Shown here: in pieces, positions 55,001 through 64,000 of the stretch
Position numbering within the stretch: the first letter of the stretch is position 1
How the letters are laid out: each line of letters begins with the position of its first letter
NCBI GenBank assembly: GCA_037444405.1
Contig: JBBIML010000006.1
Span: 160,001 to 224,000, forward strand
DNA length: 64,000 nt
Direction of reading: 5' to 3'
From: Armatimonadota bacterium
GTDB taxonomy: Bacteria; Armatimonadota; Fimbriimonadia; Fimbriimonadales; GBS-DC
Notes under the pieces: generated by a model
The model's database searches: none
What the model was told of the DNA's origin: nothing
Seen by the model: the letters and a program-made list of their open reading frames with translations, nothing else
Program-made: the position numbers and the translations under genes

Positions 55001-55251
55001 ATCGCGTTCAGAAAGTGCGCTATGATGAGGTGAATCAGCGACTCTACATCAACGCGGAGCAGTTTTTCGCGCCTGTGCCGCCTGAGGTGTGGGCGTTCCG
55101 CGTGGGTGGTTATGCCGTGTGTGAGAAGTGGCTGACCGAACGGCGCGGGCAGAAGCTCTCGCTGGACGAACGCCTCGACTTCCTGCGCATCATCACGGCG
55201 ATTGCAGAAACCCTGCGCCTGCAGGCGGAGATCGACTCGTGGCTGGAGTAG
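52084..55251 (+). CDS. Single-chain restriction-modification-like enzyme (nuclease-like N-terminus, N6-adenine MTase, Type ISP/LlaBIII-like specificity domain, no helicase)
   Basis: 'GRPDF...IGYLEAE', 'HFYEDFL..YDP..R..RGVYYTP', 'LDPACGTG.F', 'GNPPYS', 'YRPFD.R', 'F.VGGY.V.EKWL..R'. Start TTG 52081 or ATG 52084. Confidence 0.9.
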   Translation: MVAEAVAHYLERLQAIQGQAQATGELSYHHALHELLITLAQPQGATLLHEPRKTVVGRPDFILLRNGMPIGYLEAEAFGADLDALQGHAHQQTRAFIQNLDNFVLTNFLEFRLYRDGELQARAMLPAPPARETVRLFPDAVQALKSLLEAFLQGEPPAIADPQTLAHYLARRTRQLTAALETLLAQKAETDLHSLYRAFERTLLPDLKPEEFADLYAQTVAYGLFAARCAQADGNAFSRQSAAMLIPPTNPFLRRLFQLLAAHDLPPTIAWIADEIATLLARADMLAILENFGQRTGKEDPIVHFYEDFLAIYDPEQREIRGVYYTPEPVVQFIVRAVDDALRLFFGKSHGLADDETLILDPACGTGSFLYEVVQQVHRRVVGRFGGGIWRDYARERLIHRLFGFELLMAPYAIAHLKLGLQLQQLGVPLNSQRLGIYLTNTLEQAVKQSELLFGEFITREANAAVAIKREKPILVVLGNPPYSGHSANRSYHEYEERDEQGRIRKRREPTWIGKLIEDYKQINGQLLGERNPKWLQDDYVKFIRFAEWRIQQTGEGIVALITNHAYLDNPTFRAMRHHLLQSFQRLYIVNLHGNARRKERAPDGSPDENVFDIQQGVAILIAIRRADAEPGVFYVDVWGRRAEKYAFLQEQTLERAAWTRLEPSEPLYLFVPQDTALKAEYQQGWRIPDIFPVHSVGIVTARDKLTIHRTREAVWQTVCEFVKYEAEQARYLFKLGKDARDWSVARAQQDLRDAGVPNESAKAHIIPILYRPFDVRYTFYTGRDCGFHCRPRYKVMKELLAGDNLVLITVRQQSRMQDPWANAFVAQTLVESCALSNYTREIGYVFPLYITHTNNHRNNNHKNNRDQNALDGLEGREPNLNREFWNALAQRIGEKPTPEAILGYIYAVLNSPTYRARYAEFLRRDFPRVSLPRDKEQFEQLAHLGQQLIDLHTLRRPGHHEVSCRYPVEGDNRVQKVRYDEVNQRLYINAEQFFAPVPPEVWAFRVGGYAVCEKWLTERRGQKLSLDERLDFLRIITAIAETLRLQAEIDSWLE

Positions 55252-55270
55252 GTCAGCCCTTCGGGACGCG

Positions 55271-55326
55271 AACTTTCCTTCCTGGAAGGAAAGTTTTGGG
55301 GTAAACTTTCTTTCTGAGAGGGAAAG
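55271..55326. terminator. Two related hairpins between convergent genes
   Basis: AACTTTCCTTC-CTG-GAAGGAAAGTT followed by TT, then a degenerate copy AACTTTCTTTCTGAGAGGGAAAG. Confidence 0.4.
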
Positions 55327-55372
55327 ATGCTGCAGGAGATACTCAGACAGAAAAATAGCACATATCTCCCCA

Positions 55373-56410
55373 TTAGCTGGAAGGCGCGGTGATGATGACC
55401 TTCAGCGCTTCGGCGCGGCGGAGCAGCTCATAGCCTTCCGGAGCCTGCGTCAGCGGCAGACGGTGTGTGATGAGCGACTGCACGGGCAGCCCCGATTCTA
55501 AGAGTCGGAGCGCGTGGCGCATTTCGGTCGGACCCGCCGAGTAGCTGGGAATGAGCCGAATCTCGCTGAAGTAGAGCGTGTGCCAGTCGAGCGGGTAGCG
55601 CACTTCGGGCGGGGCGGGTGTGAACAGCACCAGTGCGCCGTCGGGCGCCACGAGCTGGAAGCCCAGCGCCAGCGCATCGGGCGTGCCCGGACCCACCACC
55701 ACAATCTCCGCGCCGATGCCCTCCGTGAGGGCGCGCACCTGCTGGATGGCGTCTTCATCGCGCGGCACAGGCACGGGCATCGCGCCCAGTGAGCGGGCAA
55801 CCTCCAGCCGATGCGCCAGCCGATCCAGCGCCAGCACCTGCCGCGCACCCCATCGCTGTGCCAGCAGCAGATGCAGAAGCCCCATGACGCCCATGCCGAT
55901 AATCGCGACGCTCATGCCGTGCCGCAACCCCGCCCGCCGCAACGCCTTCACCACGCACGCCAGCGGCTCCACAAAAACCGCCACCTCGTCGGGCAGCTCC
56001 GACTCAGCAGGTAGCGGGATGAAATCGCGCTGCACGATGGGGGCGGGCACGATGAACCGCTCGCTCAGTCCGCCTGGAAAGAGTCGGGTCGTGCGCCATG
56101 TGGGGCAATGCACGAACGCGCTGCGCTGACAGTGGGGGCAGGCGCCGCACGGCGCATGATGATGGACTACCACGCGCGTGCCCGGCTCGAAGCCCTGCAC
56201 GCCCGCGCCAACCGCCTCGATCTCGCCCACCAGCTCATGTCCGGGCACGACGGGCGCCTTGCGGCGCATGTACCAGTCCATGATCTCGCCGCTGCACAGC
56301 CCGCACGCCCGCAGGCGCACCTGTGCCTCGCCCGCCTGAAGTTCAGGGAGTTCGAAACGGCGCCACTGCCATGAGCCGTCTGGCTCCAGCTGCCACGCGC
56401 GTGTCTGCAC
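55373..56410 (-). CDS. Zinc-dependent alcohol (polyol/threonine) dehydrogenase
   Basis: 'ACGLCSG', 'GHE..G', 'PCGACPHC......HC', 'EPLACV', 'G.G.MG', 'ITHR.PL'. Start GTG 56410, 7 nt after TATACT. Confidence 0.9.
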   Translation of the reverse strand: MQTRAWQLEPDGSWQWRRFELPELQAGEAQVRLRACGLCSGEIMDWYMRRKAPVVPGHELVGEIEAVGAGVQGFEPGTRVVVHHHAPCGACPHCQRSAFVHCPTWRTTRLFPGGLSERFIVPAPIVQRDFIPLPAESELPDEVAVFVEPLACVVKALRRAGLRHGMSVAIIGMGVMGLLHLLLAQRWGARQVLALDRLAHRLEVARSLGAMPVPVPRDEDAIQQVRALTEGIGAEIVVVGPGTPDALALGFQLVAPDGALVLFTPAPPEVRYPLDWHTLYFSEIRLIPSYSAGPTEMRHALRLLESGLPVQSLITHRLPLTQAPEGYELLRRAEALKVIITAPSS

Positions 56411-56457
56411 AGCGGGAAGTATACCCAGCCCCCTCGCTCCCTTTCCCCCCGCATAGG

Positions 56458-56480
56458 GGCATGGGCGAGACGCCCATGCC
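56458..56480. repeat. Perfect hairpin downstream of infB (REP-like or terminator)
   Basis: GGCATGGGCG-AGA-CGCCCATGCC, embedded in a degenerate CCCTC...GGGTGAGGG unit. Confidence 0.5.
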
Positions 56481-56507
56481 ACGCAGTAGGGTGAGGGTGC
56501 AATCAGC

Positions 56508-58430
<1,923 letters not shown>

Positions 58431-58484
58431 CGGCTCTCAACCCCTTCCATGCCAGTATACCCGACGGGGTACAATAGGCGTGAG

Positions 58485-58772
58485 ATGGCGGCACGAGTGG
58501 GACTGCTGACCGTCGAACTATACATCGGCGGCTGCCAATCGCTCAAGGAGAAGCGGCAGGTGTTGCAGAGCCTGATGGTGCGCCTGCGCAACGAGTTCAA
58601 TCTCGCGATTGCCGAGGTGGATCATCATGACAAGCACCAGCGTGCCTGCCTCGCGATTGCCTGTGTGGGCAACCGCACCGAGCATGTGAATCGGACGCTG
58701 GATATCGTGCTGGAACGCCTCGCCGTCGAAAGCCGTATCTCTCTTATAGAGAGCCAGATCGAACTGCTGTGA
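58485..58772 (+). CDS. DUF503 (YlxP-like) protein
   Basis: 'VG.L..EL.I....SLKEKR.V..S....LR..FN..IAEV..HD..Q'; adjacent to rbfA. Confidence 0.9.
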   Translation: MAARVGLLTVELYIGGCQSLKEKRQVLQSLMVRLRNEFNLAIAEVDHHDKHQRACLAIACVGNRTEHVNRTLDIVLERLAVESRISLIESQIELL

Positions 58773-58788
58773 GAACAGGAGGACGCCG

Positions 58789-59121
58789 ATGGGCGGACGA
58801 TTGGAACGACTGGAATCGCTGTTGACGGAGGAGATCAGTCAGGTTCTTTTGCGCGACCTGCAGGACGAGCATCGCGGGCTGGCGACCATCACGGGCGTCA
58901 AAATCGCGCGGGACCTCTCCCACGCGACGGTTTATGTGAGCATTCTGGGCGATGAAGCGCATCGGCAGAATGTGATTGAGAGCCTGCAACGCGCCTCTGG
59001 CTATATCAAGGGGCTATTAGGCAAGCGGTTGCACCTGAAGCGCATTCCGCGCCTGCAGTTTGTGGATGACCCGTCGCTGCGCCAGGCGGATCGTATCACG
59101 CGCCTGCTCAAAGATGGCTAA
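58789..59121 (+). CDS. rbfA: Ribosome-binding factor A
   Basis: 'R.ERL...L..EIS', 'TIT.V....DLS.A.VY.S', 'L.LKRIP.L.F..D.S'. Confidence 0.95.
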   Translation: MGGRLERLESLLTEEISQVLLRDLQDEHRGLATITGVKIARDLSHATVYVSILGDEAHRQNVIESLQRASGYIKGLLGKRLHLKRIPRLQFVDDPSLRQADRITRLLKDG

Positions 59122-59944
59122 GCCCCGCATCGCCTGGCTGCCAGTGCGACACATCCACGCAATTATCGAGGGGCGGCTCGCGCTCGCCGACTGGCTGGCG
59201 AGCGTGCCTGCCTTTGGCATCGACGCCGTCGAACTCTATCACGGCTTTTTGAGCGAGCAGAACCTGCCCGCCGTTCGCCAGCAGCTCCAGACGCTGGGAT
59301 TGAAGGTGAGCCAGATCACCTGCGCGCCCGATTTCACCAACCCCGACCCTTCGGTGCGTCGGCGCGAGCTGGAGGCGATGCGCCAGCGGGTGGAGTGGGC
59401 AGCCGAGCTCGGCGCGGACGCCGTGCGCGTCACGGCGGGCATGGTGCATGATAACCTCCGCGAGGCGGACGGCATCGCCTATGCGGTGGAGTGCATGGTG
59501 CAACTTGCTGCGTACGCCGTGCCGATGGGCGTCTACCCCTGCTATGAGAACCATTACCGAGACCGCCGCTGGACGCGCGAGGACTTCTCGTTCCTGCCCG
59601 AACGGTTCCTGCGCATTTTCGAGCAGATTGAGCCGACTCCTGTGCGCATCAACTTCGATTTTGCGAACCCGCTGATGGTGGGCGCGGACCCGATCGCGCT
59701 CCTTCGGCGCGTGGTGCATAAGGTTCACCATGTGCATGCGGGCGATCGCCTGCCTGGCGAGTATCAGCATTGCGTGTTGGGCGAGGGCAGGGTTCCTTTT
59801 GAACCGTTATTGCGCATTTTGCGCGACCACGGCTATGCGGGCTATATCAGCATCGAGGACGGTCAATCGGAGGGTGATGCGGGCTTCCGCCGCTCGCTGG
59901 CGTTCCTGCAAGGTGCGATTAATGCGGTGTATGGAGGGCTGTAG
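59114..59944 (+). CDS. Sugar phosphate isomerase/epimerase (TIM barrel)
   Basis: 'PDFT.PD...R..E', 'YENH', 'INFD.AN', 'HVHA.D', 'GY.GYISIED'. Confidence 0.85.
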   Translation: MAKPRIAWLPVRHIHAIIEGRLALADWLASVPAFGIDAVELYHGFLSEQNLPAVRQQLQTLGLKVSQITCAPDFTNPDPSVRRRELEAMRQRVEWAAELGADAVRVTAGMVHDNLREADGIAYAVECMVQLAAYAVPMGVYPCYENHYRDRRWTREDFSFLPERFLRIFEQIEPTPVRINFDFANPLMVGADPIALLRRVVHKVHHVHAGDRLPGEYQHCVLGEGRVPFEPLLRILRDHGYAGYISIEDGQSEGDAGFRRSLAFLQGAINAVYGGL

Positions 59945-61211
59945 CCTCTGGCTCGGCAGTTGCCCCTCCATTTGGGGGCAGGTTCCGAAAGAGGCGGTCG
60001 TAGGCGTGCAACAGCACGCATTCGCTGCGCTCCCAGCTCAGGCAGTCCAGAAATCGCTTCCGCCCGAACTCGCTCATCTGGCGGCGCCGCTCCTCATCGT
60101 TGAGCAGCGCCAGAATCGTGTCGCCGAACGCTTCGGGGCTGTCGTTGGGCGGTTCGATCAGTGCGTCCTGCGCCGACCACTTGTTCTCGATGCTGCGCGT
60201 CGCTACAATCGGCAGCCCCACTGACATAAATTCGATAATCTTGTTCATCGTGGAGCGGGCGGTGTAGCTGTTGTCGGGGTCGCTGGCGACACCCACATCG
60301 GCGGTACTGAGATAGCGCACCAGCAGTTCCCGATCGCGAATGAAGCCCGTGAAGGTGATGTAGTCCTGCAGATGGAGTTGCTGGCTGAGCGCTTTGACCT
60401 CCTCCAGGCAGTCGCCAGAGCCAATCGCGACGAAATGCACATCGGTGAAGCCGCGCTTATGCACGATATGGTGCGCCGCCTTCACAAAGATGTCGGTGCC
60501 GTCCTGCGGTCCCATCACACCGAGGTAGCACACCAGGTAGCGTTTACCATGCTTGAGTGCGGGGTCCGGCTCCACGGGGTAGAACTCGGAGGCGCGCGGA
60601 CCGCTGCGCACAATCACAATCTTGTCGGGGCGCGCCCGCCCACGCTGGAGCGCGTTCTGACGATACGACTCGTTCATCTCGATAATCATATCGGCGAATC
60701 GGTAGGAGAGCTGTTCGAACCACACCTGTAGGTGATAGAACAGCCTGCGCTTCTTGAACCGCACTTCGTACAGCTCAGGGCACAGGTCGCGATGCTCATA
60801 GACGAACTTCTTACCGCGCAGCTTGTAATACAGCCCGATCAGCCAGAAGATGTCGAGCGGGTTGCCTGCGTGGAACACCTCGAAGCCCTGCTCTTTCAGC
60901 ACGCGGCGACTGAGTCGGAAGGTGTGCCAGAGGCAGTAGAGCGCTTCACGCACGAAGTTGCCCACGCTGTGGGTGGGGGGCAACCTCGGGTAGCGGTAGA
61001 GGTGAATCCCTTCCAGCTCGCAATATTCGGGTTCGTCAGGCGGGCGGGGCGAGATGACCGACACATGGTAGCCGGCGCGGCGCAGCGAAGTGGCAACCTG
61101 CCACATGCGCCGATCGTGAGGCACTGGCAGGTTCTCCAGCACCAGCAACACGCGCCGCGTTGCGTTCATCCCTTGCTGACCCATCTCAGCATTGTTCGGA
61201 TTGTTCAGCAT
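59919..61211 (-). CDS. Glycosyltransferase family 4
   Basis: 'ENLPVPHDRR', 'DLCPELY', 'YLGVMGPQDG', 'STMNKIIEFM..G.P'. True start may be 61184 or 61169. Confidence 0.92.
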   Translation of the reverse strand: MLNNPNNAEMGQQGMNATRRVLLVLENLPVPHDRRMWQVATSLRRAGYHVSVISPRPPDEPEYCELEGIHLYRYPRLPPTHSVGNFVREALYCLWHTFRLSRRVLKEQGFEVFHAGNPLDIFWLIGLYYKLRGKKFVYEHRDLCPELYEVRFKKRRLFYHLQVWFEQLSYRFADMIIEMNESYRQNALQRGRARPDKIVIVRSGPRASEFYPVEPDPALKHGKRYLVCYLGVMGPQDGTDIFVKAAHHIVHKRGFTDVHFVAIGSGDCLEEVKALSQQLHLQDYITFTGFIRDRELLVRYLSTADVGVASDPDNSYTARSTMNKIIEFMSVGLPIVATRSIENKWSAQDALIEPPNDSPEAFGDTILALLNDEERRRQMSEFGRKRFLDCLSWERSECVLLHAYDRLFRNLPPNGGATAEPEATALHTPH

Positions 61212-62437
61212 ACTAATTCACTCTTTGATGGTTCCTGGACTTCCGATAAATTGGCTCTGTCGGGTGGCATCACAAGGCTCAGTCCCATGCGGTTGCACAC
61301 CTGCTGTACATGCGCCTCAATAGAGAACTGCTGAGCGGTGGCTCTGGCTCCCTCGCCAAGCCGTTTGCGGTGTTGATAGGCGCGTTCGATGAGCCTCGCC
61401 AGTTGCCCGGGGTCGCGCTCGGTCAGCACATAGCCGTTGTAGTCGTCCTTCACCACGCTGGGCAGTCCGCCCACCGCCGTTACGACCGCGGGCAGCCCGC
61501 ACGCCATCGCCTCCAGCAGCGCCATCGGCAACCCTTCCCACAGCGAGGTCAGCACGAACACATCCGCCGATTGATAATACGGTAAAATCGCCTCGCGTGG
61601 CAGCAAGCCTGTCATCTCCACCGCCTCCTGAACGCCATGCTGGGCAATCCACACCCGCACCTGCCCCTCCACCGGGTTATAGTCCTGCGAGCCGCCCACC
61701 AGGATCAGGCGGGCGTTCGGATGAGTCTTTCGAAACTGCGCGAAGCCGGCGATGAGCAGGTCGAGCCCTTTGGAGGCGTCCAGCCGCCCCACGAACAGAA
61801 TGCGCGGCGCGCTCTCGTCGCGTTCGCGCTCTGGCGATGGGCAGTAGCGCTCGGTCTCCACGCCCAGCGGGATGGAATGGAACTTCTCGCGCAGGGCAGG
61901 GAACCGATTCGTGTAGAACTCGTAATCGGCGGGGCTGATCACAATCACTCCCTGCGCTCGCCGAATGACCCGCGCCTCCATCCGATAGAACCACGCGCGG
62001 AACCAGCGCCAGCGGAACAGCGGATGGCTCGTCCAGCGCTCCACGAACACCGATTGACCGTGCGTGTTGAAATAGAGGGGCACATCGTCGTGCAGGAAGG
62101 GTAGCCCATGCTCCGCCCGCTGAATGTAAAGGGGCGCATTCAGAGCCAGAATCTCGCGGCGGAAGCGGCGCAACGCCCGCACGAAGCGAGCATTAAGCGG
62201 GATGCGCGAACGGCGCTGACGCGCCTCATCCACAAACAGAATCGGCAGAAACGGGCGCTCGATGGCGCCCAGCAGAATACGGCTCCATTCGCCAATCGGC
62301 TGAGAGGCGTCAAGGGTCAAGCCGACGATAAAGACCTCCACAGGCGCGTAACGGGCGAAGTTCTTGGCGTACTCCAGCACACCCCCCATCGGATAGCCCC
62401 GAAAATCGCCACTGTAAATCAGCACCAGTCGGCTCAT
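61205..62437 (-). CDS. Glycosyltransferase family 4
   Basis: 'FVGRL...KG', 'ADVFVL.S.WEGLP..LLEAMACG.P'. Confidence 0.93.
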   Translation of the reverse strand: MSRLVLIYSGDFRGYPMGGVLEYAKNFARYAPVEVFIVGLTLDASQPIGEWSRILLGAIERPFLPILFVDEARQRRSRIPLNARFVRALRRFRREILALNAPLYIQRAEHGLPFLHDDVPLYFNTHGQSVFVERWTSHPLFRWRWFRAWFYRMEARVIRRAQGVIVISPADYEFYTNRFPALREKFHSIPLGVETERYCPSPERERDESAPRILFVGRLDASKGLDLLIAGFAQFRKTHPNARLILVGGSQDYNPVEGQVRVWIAQHGVQEAVEMTGLLPREAILPYYQSADVFVLTSLWEGLPMALLEAMACGLPAVVTAVGGLPSVVKDDYNGYVLTERDPGQLARLIERAYQHRKRLGEGARATAQQFSIEAHVQQVCNRMGLSLVMPPDRANLSEVQEPSKSELVC

Positions 62438-63690
62438 CGGCTCACCCCCTGATCCGACACGCCTGCCGACACAGGTGTTGCAGATGGCCCGTTCGGCAGC
62501 AGATGGTCATAGAACTCTATGAGCTTCTTCTTGCTATGCTCCCAGCTGAGGCATTCTAAAAAGCGTTTGCGTCCGAACTCGCCCATGTGGGCGCGGCGTT
62601 CAGGGTCGTTGAGCAGTTCGATAATCGCCTGTGCGAAGGCACGCTCGTCATTATTGGGCACATAGACCGCTGCGTCCTGCGCCGAATAGCGCGACTCCTT
62701 GAGATCGAACGACACAATCGGCAGCCCGATCGCCATGTATTCGATTACCTTGTTCATCGTGGAGACATCGTTCAGCGGGTTGAGCGGGTCGGGCGCGAGG
62801 GCGACATCGGCGGTGGAGAAGTAGCGCAACACCTCTTCATCGGGGATGCGCCCGGTGAACTCCACGAATTCGTTCAGGCGCAGGTCGTGGCACATCTGCA
62901 CCAGGTCAGGAAACATATCGCCGCCGCCAATCAGCGCGAAGTGGAGCTCGGTATGATTGAAAGTGTAGACCACATGGTGGATGGCGCGCAGGAGGTAATC
63001 CACGCCATCCTGTGCGCCCATCACGCCCAGATACACGCCCAGATAGCGTCGCCCGCGTTTGAGGCTGGGGTCCGGTTCCACGCGCTTGAACTGGCTTGCC
63101 ATCGGTCCGCTGCGCACAATGGTGATGCGTTCTGGCGGGATGCCGCCCCGTTCCATCGCCACGCGCCGATACGATTCGTTGGGCATGATCACGCCGTCTG
63201 CCGTGCGATAGGTCTGCTTCTCCAGCCACAGAAGCCCCTTATAGAGCAGTCCGCGCTTACCAAAGCGTGATTCATACAGCTCCGGGCAAAGATCGTGCTG
63301 GTCATACACGAACTTGACGCCCCTGCGCTTGTACCAGCGGGCAATCGCCCAGAAGGTATCGGGCGGGTTGCAGGTGTGGATGACATCGATGCCCTGCTCG
63401 CGCGCGACTCGCCGTGTGAGCCGCCATGTGTGCAGCCAGCAGTAGATGAACTCGTAAAAGAAGCTGAAGATACTGCGCGTAGGGGGCGGCATCGGATAGC
63501 GGTAGAGATACACGCCCTGCAGCTCCATATACTCCGGTTCATCGGGCGGGCGGGGCGAGATGACTGACACCTTATACCCTGCCTCGGTGAGCGCCAGCGA
63601 TTCCTGCCACACGCGCCTGTCCATCGGCACGGGCAGGTTCTCCACAAGTATCAAGATGCTCCCCTTGCAGTTACCAGTACAGTCCGACAT
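62434..63690 (-). CDS. Glycosyltransferase family 4 (paralog of 59919-61211)
   Basis: 'ENLPVPMDRRVWQE', 'CNPPD', 'DQHDLCPELY', 'STMNKVIEYMA.G.P'; start ATG 63690. Confidence 0.93.
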   Translation of the reverse strand: MSDCTGNCKGSILILVENLPVPMDRRVWQESLALTEAGYKVSVISPRPPDEPEYMELQGVYLYRYPMPPPTRSIFSFFYEFIYCWLHTWRLTRRVAREQGIDVIHTCNPPDTFWAIARWYKRRGVKFVYDQHDLCPELYESRFGKRGLLYKGLLWLEKQTYRTADGVIMPNESYRRVAMERGGIPPERITIVRSGPMASQFKRVEPDPSLKRGRRYLGVYLGVMGAQDGVDYLLRAIHHVVYTFNHTELHFALIGGGDMFPDLVQMCHDLRLNEFVEFTGRIPDEEVLRYFSTADVALAPDPLNPLNDVSTMNKVIEYMAIGLPIVSFDLKESRYSAQDAAVYVPNNDERAFAQAIIELLNDPERRAHMGEFGRKRFLECLSWEHSKKKLIEFYDHLLPNGPSATPVSAGVSDQGVSR

Positions 63691-64000
63691 AATCACCTCG
63701 CACTTTAGAGGGGTCGAGGGCACGCGCCAGGTCGATCACCACCTGGTCGGCGCGTATCTGCTGCTGAACCGCCTCGCGCAGCGAGCGCTCTAAGTGCCCC
63801 ACGATGACCACCTCCGCATGGGAGAGCAGTTGCCCGACATCCTCGCAAAGAATCTCACGAGTATGCGGGATCTCCCGCTCGATATACGCCTTGTTCGAGC
63901 CGTGCAGCGCGGCATACGACACATTCGGATCATAGATAAGCAGATTATACCCTTTGCCGATGAGTCGTTCCGCCAGCTCCACAAGCGGGCTTTCGCGCAG
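63671..64000 (-). CDS. GDP-mannose/UDP-glucose dehydrogenase family, C-terminal part (5' outside the window)
   Basis: Frame open to the window edge: 'LRESPLVELAERLIGKGY.L.IYD.NV....L.GSNK.YI'. Confidence 0.88.
   Translation of the reverse strand: MRESPLVELAERLIGKGYNLLIYDPNVSYAALHGSNKAYIEREIPHTREILCEDVGQLLSHAEVVIVGHLERSLREAVQQQIRADQVVIDLARALDPSKVRGDYVGLYW

Overview
High-GC bacterial chromosomal segment, most likely Armatimonadota (Fimbriimonadales-like). That assignment is inferred from PEP-CTERM proteins and a recurrent 'GD.N.DG.VDDADLL.VLF.FG' dockerin-like C-terminal domain. Housekeeping genes are present but scattered out of their usual operons: ilvC, dnaX, radA, trpE, gcvT, radC, dnaG, ispG, dapF, atpBEFHAG without atpDC, and infB divergent from DUF503-rbfA. 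A glycosyltransferase/nucleotide-sugar dehydrogenase cluster begins at the right edge. No rRNA, tRNA or CRISPR array was seen. Highlights: (1) a 268-aa intein in IspG inserted immediately before a [4Fe-4S]-ligand Cys; (2) an AT-richer island (ECF sigma, DUF1573-like, 14-Cys secreted protein, membrane protein, Ig-like protein) with a duplicated candidate ECF promoter; (3) a cobalamin riboswitch ahead of a PEP-CTERM protein and a BtuH-like dockerin-tailed protein; (4) a divergent RpoD-like sigma behind dnaG with His at the Q437-equivalent position; (5) a PlsY-AMMECR1 fusion; (6) an RqlH/RqlI-like RecQ-PRTase plus DprA pair; (7) two inverted IS4/IS231-derived miniature elements bracketing ispG-tlpA-dapF, and a 169-bp MITE with perfect TIRs and a 10-bp target duplication. 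All family assignments come from motif recognition by eye; no searches were run.
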